DNA of 64,000 nt, from NCBI RefSeq assembly GCF_964204645.1, contig NC_134030.1:11243947-11307946 (forward strand). The letters run 5' to 3'. Source of the stretch: Tubulanus polymorphus (Eukaryota > Animalia > Nemertea). A program made the position numbers and the translations under genes. Numbering within the stretch: position 1 is the first letter of the stretch; every line of letters starts with the position of its first letter. Under the pieces are notes generated by a model. That model was not told the origin of the DNA, ran no database searches, and worked only from the letters and a program-made list of their open reading frames with translations. Shown one piece after another: positions 49,501 to 56,676 of this stretch.

Positions 49501-50798
49501 TTCTTATTTTTTCATACTTATGCTAATATTTTTATGATAAGTATAATTGTTCGGTTATTCTATCATGATTATGTTTAGTTTGATCACCTAGTCATAACTA
49601 TCTTAAAACAATATCAAAATTATAAATATATCAGGGATTAATTCAATCAAGTTTAATCAGCTGCTAATTCTTTCAGTAGGTCTACAGTTGATATTGAATA
49701 CAGCTTTAAAGAGTACGAAATGGGGATATACATTTCAACTAAATTATTAGGCTATAATAATATGATTTATTTTATGACATTCAAGTTTGATTTCCTAATC
49801 AAAACCATATTATGGACTCATTTAATCAATTCTAATCACAGTATCATTTGTCCATAAATCATCATGGAAAATTCTTCGAGCAATGATATTTTTTCAGTAG
49901 GCGTTAATCTTAAACTGGGTTAAGTCAAGGTATATTAAATGGGGACTTACATTTCAACGGTAAGGCTGGTGCGATTGGCCGGGTTCTAAGCCGGCTAGAA
50001 ACCTCGGTCACATTTCTACGCGAACAGAACGCGTCGCGCTAGCGCGCTCGACGGTTCTATTTCCCGTCGAAATGTGACTTCGGTTTCTAACCTACACATG
50101 GAGTCCAAATAATAAAGCCATAAGTAGCTGGTGGCCGGTTGGACCGGGGTACCGGTGTACGACACGGATTTTAAAGCTTTGTACCAGCACCGATTTTTGC
50201 GGTCGATTTCACGATCAGCGTTTTTAAGCACTCGATTTTCCGATCGATATTTGCGATGGACCCCGCTATCGATTTGGCGATTCGATTTACAAGATGGTGG
50301 AGCTTGCTGGTAGTTGATAAAGATACAATCTTTTTTCTCTAACTTGCATGTTATGTCATGTGATGAAACCATCGTCGTGATACAGACAGAACAACTCGCA
50401 CCCAAATCAGATAGGGCCTACTTGGATGGTTGACTAACTAACTAATGTTGACTAACTTGGATGTTTGACAAAACAATCTTTTGACGTGATTATGTATATT
50501 CGATCCTTCGTAATTCGTACTTCGCGTCGGACTAATTTTGTCGGGCCCGGTTAGTTCCATTAGTCATTGTGAAATAATGCAATGTGAAGTGCTTCTGTGA
50601 AACGAGCCCTACGAGATAATAAACTACTGGTGGGTACAGTAATCACGGGAGTGCTGTTAAAAATCATATCTTACCTTCGTTAGGTTGCTTCCCACAAAAT
50701 TTCTGTTTCCAGTAATCCCTTGCTGCTTTCCAGCAGCAGCAACAGCAACAAAACAAACAACTTAGCCAGTAAAAACATATTTCTTTGAATGTTGCCAT
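7529..50798 (-). CDS. Predicted multi-exon host gene: N-terminal cysteine string followed by an array of symmetric phase-1 small exons (unknown protein, ~340 aa assembled, 3' end not located)
   Basis: Kozak gccATGG at 50798. Nineteen AG/GT-bounded exons splice into one open frame: MATFKEICFYWLSCLFCCCCCCWKAARDYWKQKFCGKQPNE/GEQESDEKLMDRFYNHCLQMFKNEESE/ANTTERVFIRLREAIKNRDKADLEKE/DKYWKIPYKYWDRKLNDSGR/GFSTSTEKVE/NDNPARKKRKTKKKSEGLKTTSTVS/EEDETNQQCEK/FIAILRQVKEELYSSDD/ATSETA/GYFVDKNYDEISGSIDASYLQQCRKILERKSLTDEEKL/AIGGRTRLIGDDACL/RKLLSELIKDRLT/DARDGRDLKRLSEK/AKEQSGHVRKELGGLSE/KYLWENKVTQYK/ATHKMG/DDAVETKKNDLYEDI/KTNPTSYFPYLNDTEKRKTDQEKK/DMLSK. Manual prediction; additional exons may have been missed. 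Confidence 0.7.
7961..8272. mobile_element. MITE (TA- or TWA-flanked; Tc1/mariner- or PIF/Harbinger-type)
   Basis: Terminal inverted repeats taaagcccaacgcacgcggca ... gtgccgtgtgcgttgggcttta; interior rich in aaaacgtttt palindromes. Confidence 0.8.
8708..8779 (-). CDS. Exon, 72 nt, phase 1-1 (KTNPTSYFPYLNDTEKRKTDQEKK)
   Basis: cattttag|aaacaaatcc...gaaaaaaaag|gtactt; open in phase 1. Confidence 0.6.
8940..8984 (-). CDS. Exon, 45 nt, phase 1-1 (DDAVETKKNDLYEDI)
   Basis: ttttctcatatag|atgatgcag...gatatca|gtgggt. Confidence 0.65.
9078..9095 (-). CDS. Microexon, 18 nt, phase 1-1 (ATHKMG)
   Basis: tatttgtag|cgacccacaaaatgggag|gtaggt. Confidence 0.65.
9409..9444 (-). CDS. Microexon, 36 nt, phase 1-1 (KYLWENKVTQYK)
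   Basis: tttttctttctttag|agtatct...tacaaag|gtaata. Confidence 0.7.
9575..11020 (+). mobile_element. Helentron/DINE-like non-autonomous element remnant with a ~210-bp internal direct repeat
   Basis: 9580-9790 is repeated at 10575-10780. Ends with gcagaaacccgttatcgctgctttgcagctat, the same subTIR+hairpin end seen at 37430 and 42700. Confidence 0.6.
11217..11267 (-). CDS. Exon, 51 nt, phase 1-1 (AKEQSGHVRKELGGLSE)
   Basis: catttcacag|caaaag...tccgaaa|gtaagt. Confidence 0.75.
11352..11393 (-). CDS. Exon, 42 nt, phase 1-1 (DARDGRDLKRLSEK)
   Basis: gtgtttacag|atgccc...gaaaaag|gtaggg; 84-nt intron to the next exon. Confidence 0.7.
11850..12185. repeat. Foldback repeat whose two arms each carry a tRNA-like B-box segment
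   Basis: 11855-11930 (gggattcgaacctgatggtatcg..ccctgccacacaagaccgagtg) is an imperfect reverse complement of 12110-12180 (cccggtctagtgtgcagggc..gataccatcatgttcgaatccc). Confidence 0.7.
12679..12717 (-). CDS. Exon, 39 nt, phase 1-1 (RKLLSELIKDRLT)
   Basis: ttttccacag|gaaagc...cttacag|gtaatc. Confidence 0.7.
12977..13021 (-). CDS. Exon, 45 nt, phase 1-1 (AIGGRTRLIGDDACL)
   Basis: gtcattccag|ctatcg...tgtttga|gtaagt. Confidence 0.7.
13476..14566 (-). mobile_element. Non-autonomous Helentron (HINE/DINE-1-like), family A, copy 1
   Basis: Terminal palindrome tagcccgctgggact..agtcccaagtgggcta next to a (GGAC)n microsatellite; three ~153-bp internal tandem units (tattcaacgcccc at ~13545, 13698, 13851); ggggtccagggacacc hairpin at the other end; A/T-rich insertion site. 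Further copies at 55906, 58565, 23699, 25015 and 46360. Confidence 0.8.
14722..14835 (-). CDS. Exon, 114 nt, phase 1-1 (GYFVDKNYDEISGSIDASYLQQCRKILERKSLTDEEKL)
   Basis: gttcaccacag|gttattt...aaattag|gtaaaa; open across 38 codons. Confidence 0.75.
15315..15332 (-). CDS. Microexon, 18 nt, phase 1-1 (ATSETA)
   Basis: ctatttttttag|caacatcagaaacagcgg|gtaagt. Confidence 0.75.
15670..15720 (-). CDS. Exon, 51 nt, phase 1-1 (FIAILRQVKEELYSSDD)
   Basis: ttcttcttattcag|ttattg...gacgatg|gtaaat. Confidence 0.75.
16093..16814. mobile_element. Non-autonomous DNA transposon with 30-bp perfect TIRs, nested in an older MITE (~15915-16855)
   Basis: taaagtctatcccagtggttatgatcgcgg ... ccgcgatcataaccactgggatagacttta. 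Host MITE ends: caggggtggatttag / ctagatccgtcagtg. Confidence 0.8.
18685..19207. repeat. Inverted copy of the repeat at 5240-5697
   Basis: Reverse-complement match over ~400 bp. Confidence 0.85.
19569..19601 (-). CDS. Microexon, 33 nt, phase 1-1 (EEDETNQQCEK)
   Basis: ctcatattttag|aggaag...gaaaagt|gtaagt. Confidence 0.75.
20601..20675 (-). CDS. Exon, 75 nt, phase 1-1 (NDNPARKKRKTKKKSEGLKTTSTVS), polybasic/NLS-like
   Basis: acattgtag|atgataat...gtatctg|gtaatg. Confidence 0.7.
21229..21258 (-). CDS. Microexon, 30 nt, phase 1-1 (GFSTSTEKVE)
   Basis: tttgcttcttgcag|gctttag...gtagaaa|gtaagt. Confidence 0.75.
23105..23345 (-). mobile_element. Degenerate SINE (tRNA-derived type)
   Basis: Minus strand contains gggacaagcgac..ctcttcacccagg..aatgggtacc, resembling the conserved central box of many invertebrate SINE2 families. 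The head is degraded. Confidence 0.45.
23576..23635 (-). CDS. Exon, 60 nt, phase 1-1 (DKYWKIPYKYWDRKLNDSGR)
   Basis: gaatttcag|acaaatac...ggtagag|gtaagt. Confidence 0.75.
23699..23915 (-). repeat. Helentron family A fragment
   Basis: tagggatccatggacaccatgtccacttgggaagtgg matches 13477 onward. Confidence 0.7.
23940..24980 (-). mobile_element. 5'-truncated LINE 3' fragment (RT C-terminal region, RTEX-like)
   Basis: ORFs 24417-24866 (PILLNGCEIWG, LRKSTP..GESGR) and 24127-24396 (KFRSSNHKFPVETGRW). Confidence 0.85.
25141..27712 (+). mobile_element. LINE 5' half: ORF1 remnant, APE and RT N-terminus; interrupted at ~26715-27430 and cut at 27712 by nested insertions
   Basis: RGG-tailed ORF1 remnant ending ~25608; KIATWNISG, CLTETH, GGVG, CGDFNAR, LPDH (APE); TPGIDNIPNEVL, NYRGIALLS, and by frameshift NGLLSDCQNGFRKGR (RT). 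Confidence 0.85.
27905..28591 (+). CDS. ORF1 of the Penelope-like element: Arg-rich region + SGNH/GDSL esterase-like domain (C-terminus damaged)
   Basis: Block I ILVIGDSN, block II ESFPG, block III ISVGINN. A VHYW remnant, possibly block V, lies in another frame at 28572-28583. Confidence 0.75.
   Translation: MSPGRHQPEWRQHQEVRRHREVRRRRLETRRRRRRERRPHQPAVRCRLSVLFQALRLITGHQGAYCQREVRRQHRDRRRPRKFCRHPNTGRKKQDWSLPPTRRPILVIGDSNLSNITSSRRPDDVQIESFPGCKMAHLADLIDAVPERRDRPDTVIISVGINNRDNNFEATTRKTTQRLINAAVKKYQHSFVHFVQLNTTREHQQFARKFNELLENHDDVTAGPLLVS
28639..30942 (+). pseudogene. Penelope RT-GIY-YIG polyprotein, disrupted
   Basis: VVNL..LS...LLRKGLTYCPTP N-terminus. TAA at 29029-29031, frameshift near 30028, probable deletion near 30175, TAA at 30646-30648. 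Natural stop after PQGMNVP. Confidence 0.9.
31143..31648. mobile_element. Foldback MITE with ~200-bp imperfect arms
   Basis: ctactgtctgtcacac...gcatacgctcgcgtaatgctgaaaaa is mirrored by tttttcagcattacgcgagcgtatgc...gtgtgacagacagtag. Confidence 0.85.
31797..37466 (+). mobile_element. Non-autonomous Helentron family B, unit 1 (5' hairpin triplicated; internal cargo/insertions)
   Basis: 5' tagggttttctg..cagaaaacccta palindrome present three times (31797-31950); 3' subTIR cagaaaaccc plus hairpin gctgcttggcagc at 37431-37460. Confidence 0.7.
34074..34406. repeat. Three ~110-bp tandem units
   Basis: ataccattttaagtacg..gactgtacggtgat.tccacaggttaaccg repeated three times; a partial inverted copy lies at ~34590-34645. 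Confidence 0.85.
39140..39771. repeat. ~45-bp minisatellite with (ACCGAC)-rich tracts and a ~92-bp perfect inverted duplication
   Basis: cccctcgatcccagcca..agggtaatcca units at 39175-39460; 39367-39459 is the reverse complement of 39680-39771. Confidence 0.85.
39835..42643 (+). mobile_element. L2/CR1/Crack-type LINE with zinc-knuckle + SGNH ORF1; RT core deleted
   Basis: CCHC-like knuckles (CRCCWDTDHSYFRC, CFKCKLADHLAADC, CFYCQTEG); IIGDSN / LGTND / GVHI esterase blocks; APE (NNVRS, LSETW, GGGV, IYRPP) joined directly to the RT C-terminus (FLGINIDDKLSW, YCNIVW); AATAAA + (TAA)n tail. Confidence 0.88.
42740..45069 (+). mobile_element. LINE 3' half (RT C-terminus and tail), probably the continuation of 25141-27712; split by a Merlin insertion
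   Basis: FLNDL..VLAY(A)DD remnant, KYLGVYLD, YGAEIW, KPKLRTY; after the insertion AQLRSGILPLSIEVG..RICQLC..ESEMH..C. Tail aataaaaataaaaatacaaaaaatacaaatac. Confidence 0.85.
43626..44528 (-). mobile_element. Merlin (IS1595/ISXO2-like) non-autonomous derivative, copy 1
   Basis: 29-bp imperfect TIRs ggcccaagtcggatatagcatagtatagt / actatactatgcaataccctacttgagcc; perfect 8-bp TSD actaaatt (43618-43625, 44529-44536); transposase N-terminal remnant CSHC..TSIRAGSFFSKSKM. Confidence 0.9.
45325..45706 (+). mobile_element. Short LINE 3'-end fragment
   Basis: Remnant peptide YEQER..LF...FIEQCWSKR; 3' UTR similar to 44950-45040 (gtgactt.taagcc..aataaaa); (ATAC)-like tail. Confidence 0.55.
47347..47421 (-). 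CDS. Possible exon, 75 nt, phase 1-1 (AVKLYQQVMYRSWSSWPVLQLPDNL)
   Basis: Acceptor tttagttatcag; open in phase 1; donor gtggat is weak. Confidence 0.3.
47580..47657 (-). CDS. Exon, 78 nt, phase 1-1 (ANTTERVFIRLREAIKNRDKADLEKE)
   Basis: ttatcttgaaaatag|ctaacac...gaaggaag|gtaggc. Confidence 0.65.
47745..47825 (-). CDS. Exon, 81 nt, phase 1-1 (GEQESDEKLMDRFYNHCLQMFKNEESE)
   Basis: atttattctag|gcgagc...tctgaag|gtaacg; 87-nt intron to the next exon. Confidence 0.7.
49183..49247 (-). repeat. tRNA-like SINE head/pseudogene within a repeat
   Basis: Minus strand: A-box tggctcaggtgg and degenerate B-box ctcgaatccc; no intact cloverleaf. Confidence 0.4.
50675..50798 (-). CDS. First coding exon with cysteine string (MATFKEICFYWLSCLFCCCCCCWKAARDYWKQKFCGKQPNE)
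   Basis: Acceptor ttattttcag 12 nt upstream (exon edge 50810); Kozak gccATGG; 124 nt open, ending in phase 1 at a strong aag|gtaaga donor. Confidence 0.75.
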
Positions 50799-51099
50799 GG
50801 CATTCAATCCCTGAAAATAATTCGTCGATTATTCTATTTCGTCTCAAAAAAGTGGGATCCGGGATATTGCCATACCTACGAAATAAGTATCGTATAGGTT
50901 TTTCAAGGAAGTATCTTATAGATGGTTGCCTTAAACCTTTACTGGTTCAATTTTTTGTTTTGAAAACCTTGCGGCGTGAAGTTAACTTTTCGGCTAAAAG
51001 GGATCTCACAGTTGCATTGCAACCTGTATTACTCGACCTATTACGCTTCAACCGTGAAACAATTTCTCAACAGAAATTGGATATGTATTACATTCTTAT

Positions 51100-53400
51100 C
51101 TAACGGTAGAGATACTATTTTTACTAATGATTTTAATGCCAATCATAACTCCAGGATTATTTGCACTGATTTATCGGATCATTATCCTGTTTTTACTGTG
51201 TGCAGTAAGATTTTGAATTGTTCAAATAATAGACAAAATATGAAGCGTTCTTACTCTGCTAAAAATATATCCGAGTATCGTAGACTTCTATTAAGCATTG
51301 ATTGGAATGATATTTATTCATGCTCAGTAGTTGATCCTACCAAAATTTCTCAAATAAAATTAGTCATGCTTTTAATTAAGCTTTTCCCCTTCTTCCGACC
51401 CAAATGCTAAACAATGCCACGAGAAGCCGTGGATTACTCCAGCGATATTAAACTCCATTAAGCACAAAAACCGACTTTATAAAAAATCCATTTGCTCTAC
51501 ATCCGTGGACGTCAAGAACAGTTACAGTTCTTATAAAAACATTCTTACTAAAACTTTAAGAAAAGCTGAATCTGATTATTATGCTAAAACGTTTACCGAT
51601 ATAGGTGCTGATATGAAACTTAAATGGGAACATATTAAGCAGATACTTCGTAAATCATCTTTTCCTATTCCATCTAGTGTTTTTAAACAAATTAACCAGG
51701 AATTCAAAGGCGACTATATCGCATAGCGTGTGGGTTTAACGATTTCTTTTCAAAAATAGGCTCAGAAATTTCTGAGAATATACCTGATTTCCCTGGTGTC
51801 ACAATTACACATATTACCTGAAAGATCGCACTAACGAAAATTTCTTTATGTGTCCTACTAACGCGTGAAATTAAATCTATAGTTAGAAAATTTTATGCGA
51901 AAAAAGTGCAGGGTTGGACGGTATTAGTACATCTTTACTTAAAGACACAATCGATCTAAATGCTCCTTTATCGCATATACTTAATTGCAGCTTCTATAAT
52001 GGTATTGTTCCGTTTGACATGAAACAAGCCAAAGTTTACCCGTTTTTTAAATCAGGAGATTCGGAAAATTTCAATAATTATCGTCCTACCTCTATTCTTC
52101 CTGTATTTTCCAAGATTTTAGAAATGCTGGTCTTTAACAGATTATCCTCCTTTCTCAATAAACATAATGTTATTTCTTCAAATCAATTCGGTTTTTGATC
52201 GAATCATTCCACAGCACTTGCTCTTGCCAAAGTAACAGACACTCTTACATCATACCTTCATGAATAATATTCAGGCATTTTCTTACACCTTAAGAAAGCA
52301 TTCGACACAGTTAACCCCATAATTCTGCTCGGTAAATTAGATCACTATGGTATTCGGGGTTTACCTCTCAAATGGTTCGAAAGCTACTTGTCTGATCGTG
52401 GTCAAATTGTCTGTTTTAATAGTATTAATTCGTCAAGAAAGTGGTATAACTATCGGAGTTCCCCACGGTTCTATTCTCGGTCCTCTTGTATATTTATTAT
52501 ACATGAATGTCTGTGTCAATGCTTCAAAAATTCTTGACTTCACTCTTTTTGCAGATGACACAACATGCTATGCTTATTCAAAAGATCATAAGAAGATATC
52601 CCAACTGGTAAACAATGAACTCATCAAACTTCGCATATGGTTTCAAGTTGTGAACAAATTGTCTCTACACCTTAAAAATGTCATTTTATGATTTTCGGAA
52701 ATTTCAAGGGTACCCCTTGTGCTATAAAAATTGGAAACGTCCCGATAAAGCAAGTTCATAGCACAAAATTTCTTGGTTTTAATATTGATAGTAAACTGAC
52801 GTGGTGTGACCACATATCATTCGTCTGTAAAAAGATCTCCCGTAGTATTGGTGTTTTAAATAGAGTTAAAAGAAGATTGCCAGTTTCAGTGATGAAAACG
52901 TTATACTATAGTTTTGTTTACCCGTATCTCCAATACTGCAATTTTATCTGAGGCAATAACTACGAATCGAGAATCAGGCCGATAATTCTACTTCAAAAGC
53001 GTGGGATCAGGGTAATATCAAAGGCTGCCTTCTTAGATCACACAACCCCAATCATCAAAAACTTAGGTATCCTTACTTTTCGAGCAATGACGAAATTTCA
53101 ATTGTGTTTTTTCATATTTAAATTTAAGAATTCACTACTGCCTAACTCGTTTTCAGTTTATTTTTCATTAAATTCTGACTTTCACCATCATCAAACTCGA
53201 AACCGTCATGCATTCAAAGTAGACCAATTTACAACCAATCGAAAGAAATTTTCAGTAAAAGTATCAGCCCCTTTAACTTGGAATAACTTGCCTTACTCAA
53301 TGAAGATCATTGGATCAGTACCCCCTCCAATTTCTAAACGTGCTCTCAAACAGTATCTCCTCAATTAATGTTTCGATAATTTTGCCTGCCAGTCTCTGCC
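51100..53400 (+). mobile_element. Degenerate L2/Crack-type LINE ORF2 (APE end + RT)
   Basis: LSDHYPVF, PWIT, NNYRPTSILPVFSKILE, NQFGF, KKAFDTV, GVPHGSILGP, LFADDT, KFLG..ID..LTW; many frameshifts. Confidence 0.9.
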
Positions 53401-53479
53401 ATCTAGCACTTAAATATTTTCTGTGTGAATGTGGTGTGAAAGAGAGTGTGATAGGGTGTACGAGGTTGGCATGAAAATC

Positions 53480-54240
53480 TTATAAACCTATTATAAACTT
53501 ATTCCTTAAAGAAAGATCGATTTATTTAACAGTGGTGGGATGATACCAAAGATATCCTTAGTAATTATAGACTGAATAAAAAGAATTTTGAGTTTGAAAA
53601 ATACCTTTATTGAATTACCGCCAAATACCGTTACTATTTGCTACGATACCGTGCCAATAATAAGGATAATAAAGAAGAAAGAAGGAAGACTATGTACAAT
53701 ATGTAATTTAGGCGTTATTGGTGATGAATACGAATGTAGGTAAAAATCCCCCCGGTAAAAATCCCACTCGGTTAAAATCCCCCTGGTAAAATCCCCCGCC
53801 CAAGTTCAGTTTTCTATCAAACTTAAGTATAAAACCTAAGTGAAATAGAAAATACTTCGCAATAATATTTAGGGTATACACAGATATTTTACTATTACTT
53901 ATAAACTAGGTTTCTTCATAGAATTTTCAAAACTAAATATCATTTGTATTCATGTTGCTTGCTAAAAGTCACCATAATACCATTGTTTGATGATCTGTCA
54001 TTCTCACCCAAGCTGAGAAGAAACACCTAACTAGTTATTATTACGAAAATCCAACCGTGCTTAAATATTACGAGTTACTGAATACGAAGGACCTTAAAAT
54101 ATTATTGAATATATAGATATGTCGAAATGTTCTGTAAATATTTTTTTTTTACATAATTTTAGTGTATTGATATGCATGTTTTCTATATCCTTATACAATT
54201 GACATCGTCAGGTTGAATAAAGCTATCTTATCTTATCTTA
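53480..54240 (+). mobile_element. Old LINE 3' fragment interrupted at ~53735-53940
   Basis: RRLCTICNLGVIGDEY remnant near 53685; AATAAA + (TCTTA)n tail at 54216-54240. Confidence 0.6.
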
Positions 54241-54326
54241 TGACAATCGACAAAAGCAGGTGTGCGTGTTAGTACGTGCAGCCTACGTATCATCGATAAA
54301 ATAAACATCATTTGTTCAGTGCATTC

Positions 54327-55874
54327 TACGGAGGAGCAATGCGGCCAACAACATTTTATTTTCAGTTTACTAAGTTGACTTTTCGAGTTAATAAGTCGAC
54401 TTTTCGAGTTTATAAGCCGACTTTTTGACATTAAAAGGTCGAATTTTCAAGCTAATAAGTCGACTTTCAGACTTTAAAAAGTCGACTTTTCGGACCTTTT
54501 TGGACCCCAAATTCCAGGCCTGTGTTTGATGCTAATGGAACATGTCGGAAGCTTATTCAGGACTCGTACAAAACCGTCGCGACCATATTTAGGGAGCGAG
54601 GCAGTTGGTCGCTCGTCCGTACGTCCGCCGGCAGTGATAGCTGTTCGACCCAATATATCGAGATAGCTAACCTTATTTCGATAAAGGGGCACATTTCCCA
54701 GAGTAAAACAGGGGGGGGGGGTACATGCAGAATTCTCAAGGAGTATACGGCCCCTAAAAGCCCTGTGCTGTGCCAACCATCTGGAAAATTATATTGAATG
54801 AAACAATATGCCTGCTAAACAATTACAATATGTTGAAATGGGATGCATGAAATGATAAGGGAACAGCCTCAAGGCCATTAAACCCCCCTGTGACCTGTTA
54901 TTCGATGAGGTTTCCTCGGTGTTTGAGGCTTACATAAAACTGCCCCCATGTATACAGAGTTTAAGTATTCTACGTACGAATAAGAATTAGGTCAGCGATA
55001 TCAATATATCGATATGACTAAGTAGACTTTATTAACAATTTCTTGATATTTATGTCGACTTTTTGCGATAATGTCGCAATAAATTGACATACGTATCACG
55101 AGATTTTAGGTTAAGTCGTGATGTATGAGTATGTCGATGATACCGTAATTTCGAGAATGTGATGTGTATAGTACGGAAGCGATAAGGGGCCTCGAGATGT
55201 CGCGTTCCAAGTCGACAAGTCGTCACATTTATGTCGACATATCGCGATATATCGCATCAAGTCGATATGAATATGTCGACATATCGTGACGTTTTCACGA
55301 CAAATTTCGCTTTTTTGCCCATTTTCCACGGGACAAGCCGTCATTTGAAGACATGTCTAAATGTAAGATGAGGACACCAGTAATATGACGACTGAGTTTC
55401 AAGTCGTCATGAATATGTCGACTTGTCGCGAGGAAAGTGGTCGAGAAATTTGTCGTCAAAACTTGACGATATATCGACATATTCATGTCGACTTGACGCG
55501 ATATATCGCGATATGTCGACATAAATATGGCGACTTGTCGAGTTTGAACGCGACAACTCGAGGCCCTTTATCGCTTCCGTACTTTATCGCTTCCGTACGT
55601 CCATCAAATCCATTCTTGAAGATTAACCATCAATTGCACCTTTGAACATTGTATCACAATGTTATGGGCATCATTGCCATTAATAACAGGGGTGGAATCC
55701 TGGAATTTTAGGCCCAAAATGTCCTAGACCTAGTTGAATAGACTAAGTTGAATGATTAATTCGACTTATTAAAGTCGAAAAGTCGACTTTTTAAAGTCAA
55801 ATGTCGACTTTTAGCTCGAAAAGAAAACTTTTTAAACTGAAAATAAAATTTGTAGGCCGCATTGCTCTTCCGTA
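54327..55874. mobile_element. IS3EU-like non-autonomous DNA transposon
   Basis: TIRs tacggaggagcaatgcggcc.. / ..ggccgcattgctcttccgta extending into GTCGAC-rich arms; perfect 6-bp TSD gcattc (54321-54326, 55875-55880). TAYGG termini plus a 6-bp TSD match my recollection of IS3EU. Confidence 0.75.
55172..55581. mobile_element. Second TACGG...CCGTA MITE nested in the first
   Basis: ~130-bp imperfect arms: tacggaagcgataaggggcctcgag / ctcgaggccctttatcgcttccgta. The last 16 bp are duplicated at 55582-55597. Confidence 0.75.
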
Positions 55875-55905
55875 GCATTCACAGACCTCCAAATTTAAAA
55901 TAAAA

Positions 55906-56676
55906 CTAGGGGTCCAGGGACACCATGCCCACTTGGAAAGTGGTTTCAAATGCTCAATCTAACAATTTGCATATTCAACGCCCCCTGGTGACCGTATTGA
56001 ATAACAAATGACCTTGAAACTCACCAAAATCATAGACCTTGTCATGAGCTACAACTTTGCAATTGATTGTGGTAACAAAATATGCTAAGGTATCAATATA
56101 ATGTGGAAATACTAAGTTATTCTACTATTCAACGCCCCCTGGTGGCCATATACAAAGCCCAATGACCTTGAAACTCACCACAATCATAGATCATATCATA
56201 AGCTACAACTTTGCGATAGATTGTAATAACAAAATATGTTTAGGTATCAATATAATGTGGAAAAAACTTTTTTCCCCTTGGGTGCAAAAAAGGTCACAGG
56301 ATTTTGAGTCTGATCGACCAAATTTTTGTTTTGCTGATGGGCCCTTGGGGGATACAAATACCTACGAAAGATCAAGATAATTGATCAAAGCGTCTTCAAA
56401 ATTTCCCTCAAAAACTTGAAATATGTGTAAAAAGTGCTGAATTTGGCGAACAAAAATGGCTGCCAATCGGCCATCTTGAATCTGACAGGGCCAATTTTTG
56501 GGCTGAAGGTGTGTCTAGGGTAGATACATGTGTAACCCAAATATGAAGACATTACGTTGAAGCGTCGTCAAAACTTCCCAGAATAACTGGATTCCGTCTA
56601 CGGACGAACGGACAGACGGACGACGGACGAAAAGTGAACGCAATAGCCCGCTGGGACTTAAGTCCCACGTGGGCTA
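55906..56676 (-). mobile_element. Helentron family A, copy 2
   Basis: Collinear with 13476-14566, with fewer internal units; both termini present. Confidence 0.85.
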
